Source: Planctomycetota bacterium (GTDB taxonomy: Bacteria > Planctomycetota > Planctomycetia > Pirellulales > Pirellulaceae). From it: DNA of 64,000 bases. Where the stretch lies: positions 20,169-84,168 of the forward strand of contig JBCBOO010000003.1 of the NCBI GenBank assembly GCA_039821235.1. The letters are read 5' to 3'. Position 1 is the stretch's first letter. Every line of letters begins with the position of its first letter. The notes beneath the pieces were generated by a model. That model was given only the letters and a program-made list of their open reading frames with translations, was not told where the DNA came from and did no database searches. Position numbers and translations under genes: made by a program. Of this stretch, positions 57,657-64,000 are shown in pieces.

Positions 57657-58673
57657 ATGAAATTGGCTAAGTCCACCAAGGCATCCGGCGATCTTTCCGC
57701 AGAGACAACGGCGGAACCCGCTGCGACGGGTGCTTTGGCATGGATGCAGCTCGTGCGTTTGCCAAACGTCTTTACTGTCTTGGCCGATGTTTCAGCGGCA
57801 TTCCTGTTGGTTGCGGGCTCACCCGAGCCGACGGGACGACTGGCCGTTGCGCTTGCAGCGGGAGTTTGCCTGTACTGGGCTGGAATGATTCTCAACGACG
57901 TCTTCGATGTCGAAAAGGACCGCGCCGAACGCAGCTCGCGCCCACTCGCCAGCGGTGCGATTTCGCTCCGGTCGGCTTCTTTGGCCGGTTGGCTTTTGCT
58001 GTTGATCGGAACGCTCTTGGGTTCCGCGAGCGGGTTCGTCCCCAATGCGGAAGGCACCGTAACGGTCGTGCCGATCGGCGTTTCCATTGCTTTGGCATTG
58101 ATGATTTTGGGGTACAACGGTCCATTCAAGCAGACGCCGCTGGCGCCCGCGGCGATGGGATTGTGTCGTTCACTCAGCTTCTTGCTGGGCGCGACGCCGG
58201 TGCTGTCCGTCGCGGTCGGCGAACCCGTCATCCCGCGGTACCTTTTGGGACTGGCGTTTGCGATAGGTGTCTATGTAATGGGCATCACCCTTTTGGCACG
58301 CAATGAGGCGACCGGGAACCGAACGATCAACCTTCGGACGGGTTTCGTCGTGTTGCTCGTCGGCGCTCTGCTGCTAGCCTTCGCACCGGGACTCGGCCGA
58401 CCGGCCGATCGAGCGGACTGGGTGGTTCAGCCTGGCGGTCAATTCGTATTCCTGATCTGGCTGATTGTGCTACCCGTTGCGGTGCGAGCGTTTCGTGTTC
58501 AATTCGATCCGGATCCGGTGGCGATCGGTCATACGATTCGAGCGGGGGTCCTCACGATCATCCCGCTTTCGGCCGCATTCGCGTTCCTGGGGGCTGGTCA
58601 GTCCGCGGGACTAGCCGTCTTTGCTTTGATCATTCCCGCAATTCTTTTGGCGTTGCGGCTGCGAGTGACGTGA
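57657..58673 (+). CDS. UbiA-family prenyltransferase
   Basis: It has a multi-TM profile, the first Asp-rich motif MILNDVFDVEKDRAER, and further TM-rich regions. Confidence 0.78.
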   Translation: MKLAKSTKASGDLSAETTAEPAATGALAWMQLVRLPNVFTVLADVSAAFLLVAGSPEPTGRLAVALAAGVCLYWAGMILNDVFDVEKDRAERSSRPLASGAISLRSASLAGWLLLLIGTLLGSASGFVPNAEGTVTVVPIGVSIALALMILGYNGPFKQTPLAPAAMGLCRSLSFLLGATPVLSVAVGEPVIPRYLLGLAFAIGVYVMGITLLARNEATGNRTINLRTGFVVLLVGALLLAFAPGLGRPADRADWVVQPGGQFVFLIWLIVLPVAVRAFRVQFDPDPVAIGHTIRAGVLTIIPLSAAFAFLGAGQSAGLAVFALIIPAILLALRLRVT

Positions 58674-58676
58674 GCC

Positions 58677-59516
58677 ATGGTTCCCGGATTCCACAGCAGC
58701 AGCCTGGGCTTTCATGACATCGCGACGGTGGTCGGGAAACTATCTGAGATGGGATTTGGCGCGATCGCGGTGCGGCCGCAGCGCGGCATCTGGGATCATG
58801 ATCGGCCCTGGTTCGATGACTACACCTCCGCGTTCACTTCGGCCGCAAAGGAGCACAGTGTCGAGTTGGTCGTCGACTTGGATGCGCCGTTTTATCAGTC
58901 CCCCGATCGCTATCATCCGGACTCATTGGTTTCAAGTGATCCAAACGTACGAGCCGCCGCGTTCGAGTATTTGAAGTCGTGGATCGAACGAGCGAGTGTC
59001 TTTCAGCCCAGCGTGGTTTCCTTTTCCAGCGGGCTCATTCCACCGGACCAGATCGTGACGCCTTCCGATCAGGAGTCGATGCTGGAGTGTCTCGCGGAGA
59101 CGATTGACCCGCTCAGCGCACTTGCGCACGACGCGGGAATCCAACTCGCACTTCGTCCCGTTGCGGGACATGCGATTGCGACGGTCGCTCATTTCGAGCG
59201 GTTCGGCCAATGGCTCGCTGGTGAGGCCAAATTGGGATTGGCAGCGGACGTGGGCGAAATGTTGCAGGCGGGCGAGTTCCCGATTGGCGCCCGGTTGGCC
59301 CGGCTGAAGCACCGTTTGGCTTGCGTCTACCTTTGCGAGCCCGATTTGGAGCACGCTCGTGACCAACGATTTGGTTTCGGCGACATCGATTTGGGACGTG
59401 TTTGGGAAGTGATGACTGAGAGCGGCTTTGCGGGACCCGCGATCTTTCGCGCCTGTGGACACGAGCATTTGGGTTTGGAATTGGCTCGCGAGGCGATCGC
59501 GCTGACAACGTCATAG
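58677..59516 (+). CDS. xylose-isomerase-like TIM-barrel (sugar phosphate isomerase/epimerase family) protein
   Basis: It has an N-terminal pattern typical of the family (IATVVGKLSEMGFGAIAV) and LALRPVAGH. This is a weak, motif-level call only. Confidence 0.45.
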   Translation: MVPGFHSSSLGFHDIATVVGKLSEMGFGAIAVRPQRGIWDHDRPWFDDYTSAFTSAAKEHSVELVVDLDAPFYQSPDRYHPDSLVSSDPNVRAAAFEYLKSWIERASVFQPSVVSFSSGLIPPDQIVTPSDQESMLECLAETIDPLSALAHDAGIQLALRPVAGHAIATVAHFERFGQWLAGEAKLGLAADVGEMLQAGEFPIGARLARLKHRLACVYLCEPDLEHARDQRFGFGDIDLGRVWEVMTESGFAGPAIFRACGHEHLGLELAREAIALTTS

Positions 59517-60503
59517 GCGACTTGCGTGGTCGAGCATTCGTTTCAACATGGAATTCTCGTCATCGGCAACGACCGGTGTGATCTCGGAGAACGATCGGAA
59601 CCACGTTTCCTGTCGTCGTGCGAGTTGTCGCGTGTGAGCGGAGACACTTTCGATGAGCGCGTCCATCGACAGCGAGGGTTCGTCCAGCCAGTCGAGCAAC
59701 TCGCGATATCCCACCGCTTGTCGCGCCGTTCGCGAGAGTCCTTTGAATTTGGTTTGTAAACCGCGAACTTCGTCGATCAACCCGCGATCGAACATGTCAC
59801 GGACTCTTGCATTGATGCGAGTGTGCAAGACACTGCGTTCCCGTTGAACGGAAAAGACACGGCAAGCATCGGCGGCGACGGAATGATCGAATTGCAATTG
59901 ACGGTGGCTGAGCGGAACGCCGGTGAGCTTTGCCACTTCCAGGGCTCGAATCATTCGTCGCTTGTCATTCGGATCGATCCGTGATGCGCTCAGTGGGTCG
60001 ACTTGCTGCAAACGCCGGTAAAGGGCTGCGATGCCGTGCGACTGGACATCCCGTTCGACTGCTTCGCGGAACTCCCAGTCCGGTGGTGGTCCCGGGTCGA
60101 AGCCACGAACGATGGCTTTCAGATACATCGGTGTGCCGCCGACGAAGATCGGCGTGCGTCCTCGGTCGATCACCTCGGCCACCAGCTGGTGGGCAGCTTG
60201 CAAGTACATTGCCACGCTGAAGTCGTCGCAGGGATCCGCGAGATCAATGAGGTGATGTGGTACTCGTGCCTGGTCGTCGGGTGTCGGTTTCGCCGTACCG
60301 ATATCCATGCCCCGGTACACGGCAATCGAATCGAGCGAGAGGATTTCGCCGTCGATCGATTCTGCCAAACGAATGCCCAGTGAGCTCTTTCCGGAGGCAG
60401 TGGCTCCGGTAATGATCACGGCCCGATCGACGAGTGGCGAGTAAATCGGAGGAGAATCGTGATGCAGCATCCGACCCATCGGGCACGAGCTCATTTGTTG
60501 CAA
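59511..60503 (-). CDS. miaA: tRNA dimethylallyltransferase
   Basis: It has the P-loop ITGATASGKSSLGIRLAE, LDSIAVYRGMDIGTAKP, and the family-typical length and order. Confidence 0.9.
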   Translation of the reverse strand: MQQMSSCPMGRMLHHDSPPIYSPLVDRAVIITGATASGKSSLGIRLAESIDGEILSLDSIAVYRGMDIGTAKPTPDDQARVPHHLIDLADPCDDFSVAMYLQAAHQLVAEVIDRGRTPIFVGGTPMYLKAIVRGFDPGPPPDWEFREAVERDVQSHGIAALYRRLQQVDPLSASRIDPNDKRRMIRALEVAKLTGVPLSHRQLQFDHSVAADACRVFSVQRERSVLHTRINARVRDMFDRGLIDEVRGLQTKFKGLSRTARQAVGYRELLDWLDEPSLSMDALIESVSAHTRQLARRQETWFRSFSEITPVVADDENSMLKRMLDHASRL

Positions 60504-60737
60504 AGGAATACGGACGCTGCAGTCTAGCGAGGCCGGCTACTGCTCGTCGCCTGGGCATCATGGATTGTCAAAGCGGAACAATCGGGAAAGTTGCCGGAGT
60601 TTACAAGACGGTTCGCATCAAACGCCTTTCGAAAACTGGGCCGCGACGTGGCCGGGTGTTAGGATAATGCATCCACTGAGGGGCATCGTTTTTCGCCGCT
60701 CGATTCCGTTTCGTTTGCACCCGCGAGCGGCCGTCCG

Positions 60738-61295
60738 ATGGGAATGACCTACTTCAAGCGCTATCGAATGGAATTCGATTTGAGTGGCTGGTACGAAGAC
60801 AACTTGGACGTACCACCCAACTATCAGCTCTTGCCGTTCTCGTCTGAGCTGCTCCGCGAGCACGCGAATGCAAAATTCAATAGCTTTCGCAAAGAACTGG
60901 ATGCAAACGTCTTTCCATGCTTGGCTCGCCGTGACGGTTGTCTCCGATTGATGCGAGACATTTCCGGCCGTCAGGATTTTGTTGCCGGAGCCACTTGGTT
61001 GATACGATACCAAGGCGGTGACCAACCGCTGGCGGTTGGTACCATCCAGGGACTGGCGATCGACGGTTGGGGAGCGATTCAGAATCTGGGCATCGATCCC
61101 GACCACCGCGGGCGTGGCCTTGGGTCGGTGCTCGTGTCAAAAGCGGCCGGCGGATTTCGCGCCGCCGGGCTTTCACGAATGCACCTGGAAGTCACCACGG
61201 AAAACACAGGTGCGGTGCGTCTGTACGAACGCCTTGGATTTAAAAAGGCGAACGTGGTTTACAAAGCCGCCGAAGTCGCCGGTGCCGATCGCTAG
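60738..61295 (+). CDS. GNAT family N-acetyltransferase
   Basis: It has motif A IQNLGIDPDHRGRGLGSVLV and RLYERLGF. Confidence 0.8.
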   Translation: MGMTYFKRYRMEFDLSGWYEDNLDVPPNYQLLPFSSELLREHANAKFNSFRKELDANVFPCLARRDGCLRLMRDISGRQDFVAGATWLIRYQGGDQPLAVGTIQGLAIDGWGAIQNLGIDPDHRGRGLGSVLVSKAAGGFRAAGLSRMHLEVTTENTGAVRLYERLGFKKANVVYKAAEVAGADR

Positions 61296-61330
61296 GCATT
61301 CGCGATCGCGATGCGACCCCTGTTGGGTTT

Positions 61331-62047
61331 CTAACCTTCGTGGCAACCGATACAGTTGTGTGCGAGTTTGGCCGTTGGTTTTGCCTTGAGCCATTCAGCA
61401 GCCCGCACGGCGTACTCGGTCTCCGGCATTTCCTTGACGACTGCTTCCAGTTGCTCTTTGGACTTGTCTGCTTCGCCCAACAGGCGATAGACGTCGGCCA
61501 GTCCCATGCGCAACTCTCCGCGGGGGTGTTCACCGAGCTGGTCGAAGATCTTTTGCTGCTTCTCGTAAGTGCTTTCGAAGTCCTTTTTGACCGATTCCAG
61601 CACGGGGCGTCCCATGATTTCCGGTGCGCTTCGGCCCGCATTGATCATCACGGCCGCACGAGGAATCATCACGCCAAGGTTATCGGGTTCGAGTTTCTTT
61701 GCACGATTCATTTCGTGCAGACCGTCCATCCAGTATTTCATTCCGTTGGCGCTATCTCCTGAGCCGAACGCCTGTCCAGACTTGAAGACCTTCGCGGCGC
61801 CACGCCAGACCAGCGCCTCGGCATGATCGGGATTCTTTTCGAGGGCTTGGTCGCATTTCTTAATGCCCCGCTCAAGCGACTCCATGTCACCACTGAAGCC
61901 GGCAAAGATGTCCTCTCTCACTTCCAGATCAAAACGGTCGGTGTACGTGTCTGCTTCCTTGTCGTCGTCTGCCGGAGCCGCCGTTGCAGGGATCACACAG
62001 GCGGCGAGCAAAAGGCAGGCAATGGAACGGTGCAAACGGAAAGTCAT
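61331..62047 (-). CDS. secreted helical-repeat protein ending in a CxxCH motif
   Basis: It has a signal peptide (IACLLLAACVIPATAAP) and a TPR-like helical body. The extreme C-terminus is HNCIGCHEG-stop (CIGCH at nt 61340-61354). Confidence 0.5.
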   Translation of the reverse strand: MTFRLHRSIACLLLAACVIPATAAPADDDKEADTYTDRFDLEVREDIFAGFSGDMESLERGIKKCDQALEKNPDHAEALVWRGAAKVFKSGQAFGSGDSANGMKYWMDGLHEMNRAKKLEPDNLGVMIPRAAVMINAGRSAPEIMGRPVLESVKKDFESTYEKQQKIFDQLGEHPRGELRMGLADVYRLLGEADKSKEQLEAVVKEMPETEYAVRAAEWLKAKPTAKLAHNCIGCHEG

Positions 62048-62164
62048 GACGAAATTTCTCTTGGCATAGAGGAATCGAAGTGGGTTTGGGTAGCGCGTAG
62101 CAAGTTCCGCCTTACACCCCGTTGGGTGTAACCGTTTCGGTTCTCACGTCGCAATCTTGGTTTT

Positions 62165-62977
62165 CTATTTCGCCAATTCGATGCTTTTTTCAGCCGACGC
62201 CTTCACGGCACTGATCAACGCGGATCGAAGCCCGCCTTTCTCTAACTCGTGAAGTGCCGCGATGGTCGTACCGCCCGGACTGGCCACGGCGTCCTTCAGC
62301 TCGCCTGGATGCTTGCCGGAGTCCAGCACCATCTTCGCCGTTCCCAGTACCGTCTGAGCGGCCAGCTGCATGGCAAGCTTGCGAGGCAGACCCGCCAGGA
62401 CACCCCCATCGGCCAAAGCTTCGATGACCAGACAAATGTATGCCGGACCGGAACCGCTTAGTCCCGTCACGCCAACCAACTGAGGCTCGGTGACGCGTGC
62501 GACGATGCCCACCCCCGCCAGCAGAGTCTCGACGGTGTCACAGTCTTCCGGTTGCACGTCGTCGGCGACGCAGTACGCGCTCGCCCCCGCCCCGACAAGG
62601 CTGGGCGTGTTGGGCATGACTCGGATGACGCGTTCATGCCCCGATGCCTTGCAAAGATCTGCCAACTGAATGCCGGCTGCAACGGAAATGACCAGACGTG
62701 GCGTAGACGTCAGCTCAAAGACCTCACTCGCGATCTGGCAGGTTGCATGCGGTTTGACGGCCAGCAACACGATTTCCGCAGATTCGCATGCCGCCGCTGT
62801 CAAACTCGCGTGCGTTTGCACCGCCGCATGGTGCTCGTTCCACCAGTCGCGGCTTTGCGCATTTCGGTCGATCACCTGCACGTTTTCGGGTGACAAACCG
62901 CCACCGTCCAGGATGCCGCCGACCAAGGCACGTCCCATTTGACCGCCGCCGATGAGCAATAGCCGTGTATTTTTCAT
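62165..62977 (-). CDS. proC: pyrroline-5-carboxylate reductase
   Basis: It has the Rossmann motif LLLIGGGQMGRAL, RVMPNTP, SGSGPAY and the C-terminal GGTT motif. The internal ATG at 62977 gives the normal ~270 aa length. Confidence 0.9.
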   Translation of the reverse strand: MKNTRLLLIGGGQMGRALVGGILDGGGLSPENVQVIDRNAQSRDWWNEHHAAVQTHASLTAAACESAEIVLLAVKPHATCQIASEVFELTSTPRLVISVAAGIQLADLCKASGHERVIRVMPNTPSLVGAGASAYCVADDVQPEDCDTVETLLAGVGIVARVTEPQLVGVTGLSGSGPAYICLVIEALADGGVLAGLPRKLAMQLAAQTVLGTAKMVLDSGKHPGELKDAVASPGGTTIAALHELEKGGLRSALISAVKASAEKSIELAK

Positions 62978-63100
62978 TTCCTGTTGCACTTCCATCGGTC
63001 CGCGCGAGTCGGGGTGTTTTTTGATTTTGTTGGCAACTCCTTGGGGGAGCGAACGAAAACAGCTCCAAAGTGCATCATCCACTCCCGTCAGCCAACCGAA

Positions 63101-63952
63101 ATGATCAAGCCAAGCGTCCCGAAACGAGACGGTGATGTCAACGTCTACAACCTCTCCGAGTCGACGATCTACGAGCCGGTCATCCACTATGTGAACGGAA
63201 TTCGAGTTCCCGGGATCGACCACGCGATGATCGCGTCCCTTCTGTCATTGCTGACCGAACGCCCGATCACGGGGATCTATAACAAAACCAACGGGGCGCT
63301 GGTTGACTTGGGCCAGTGTGTGCTTGATTACCTGCAAAATGCAACGGCCCGACTCAGTTCGCATCAAAACCAAGATCGTGCGGCAATCCCCGAAAGTCAA
63401 ATACCGGGGCTACTCCAAAGAACGATGGACAATTCCATTGTCTGGAACACGGCCACGGCAAAACTGTTCCAGTCCCTGGTGATCAATCGTCATCGAAAGC
63501 AGATGATCGTCGCTCACAGCCAAGGCAACTTGATCACCGCCAATGCCTTGTTTGTGCTCGAGGACATGCTGGGAGCACGCATCTTGCGCAATATCCGTGT
63601 GTATTCACTTGCATCTCCCGCCCCGGCTTGGCCGCTTGGGATTCGCCGCACCAACGGCGGGGGCGGACGTCAAGAAAATGCGTTCATGAATGACTTGGTC
63701 ATGCTCCTCCGGCCGCATAACTTTGCGGCAAAGGTAGGCGTTTCGCGCTTCCAAAATGAAGGCGACTTCCGAACCCACCCGGGCGGCGGTGTCGTCGGCA
63801 TTGCGGCACACGACACCAAGCTGAACATGGCTCTCAATTTTCTAAAGAGCATTCGCGGAGACTTGGGGCTCTCGAAGGATCTTCCCGACGACTTCTTGGA
63901 GCAGTGTGCAAACAAAGCTGCCGAAGCCTTTGCGGACTTGGATGTGGAGTAA
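63101..63952 (+). CDS. predicted alpha/beta-hydrolase (lipase-like) protein without signal peptide
   Basis: It has IHYVNGIRVPG...ITGIYNKTNG and a nucleophile elbow-like IVAHSQGNLI. The start was chosen at the internal ATG 63101. No confident family assignment was made. Confidence 0.35.
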   Translation: MIKPSVPKRDGDVNVYNLSESTIYEPVIHYVNGIRVPGIDHAMIASLLSLLTERPITGIYNKTNGALVDLGQCVLDYLQNATARLSSHQNQDRAAIPESQIPGLLQRTMDNSIVWNTATAKLFQSLVINRHRKQMIVAHSQGNLITANALFVLEDMLGARILRNIRVYSLASPAPAWPLGIRRTNGGGGRQENAFMNDLVMLLRPHNFAAKVGVSRFQNEGDFRTHPGGGVVGIAAHDTKLNMALNFLKSIRGDLGLSKDLPDDFLEQCANKAAEAFADLDVE

Positions 63953-64000
63953 GAACGGCTCGCGGAACCTTAGAACCGTGTCGCGGCGAAATCGAGAAAG

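Overview
This is a visibly GC-rich, densely coding chromosomal segment with about 60 CDS on both strands. It looks planctomycetal (Pirellulales-like). The basis is a giant PSCyt1-type cytochrome-c/WD40 protein, many signal-peptide or lipoprotein hypotheticals, short GC-rich palindromic repeats, frequent ATGA/TTGA start-stop overlaps and few obvious Shine-Dalgarno sites. This taxonomic call is inference only. Recognisable housekeeping genes are mutL, asnB, ligA, mscL, bcp, miaA, proC, a malic enzyme, a ROK kinase and a pterin dehydratase. I recognised no rRNA, tRNA, CRISPR array, integrase or prophage. The strongest candidate for an uncharacterised system is a tightly packed four-gene operon at 33741-41060. 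It encodes (1) a zinc-ribbon-fronted P-loop GTPase with G1/G3/G4 motifs, (2) a single-pass membrane protein whose N-terminus (ELLYTSAPQGLRHGSRGFCTV) resembles the GTPase-associated protein 1 (GAP1) N-domain from computationally predicted GTPase-centred conflict systems, (3) a 969-aa mostly helical single-pass membrane protein, and (4) a double-GYF multi-pass membrane protein. No classical enzymatic effector is present. Directly downstream lie a secreted 33-cysteine PACGCE-repeat protein and a REP-associated tyrosine transposase (RAYT) flanked on both sides by REP-like hairpin arrays. Other notable points are listed here.
- A FabF-like ketosynthase has its catalytic Cys replaced by Glu.
- One protein combines a Gly-rich segment, two Tim44-like modules with zinc ribbons, and a TerB-like C-terminus.
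- A secretin-like gene is split into two frames.
- A TIGR03546/TIGR03545-like gene pair is present.
- An orphan pdeM overlaps mutL.
- A WbqC/beta-propeller x2/GNAT/methyltransferase operon is present.
All family assignments come from reading motifs by eye. No searches were run.
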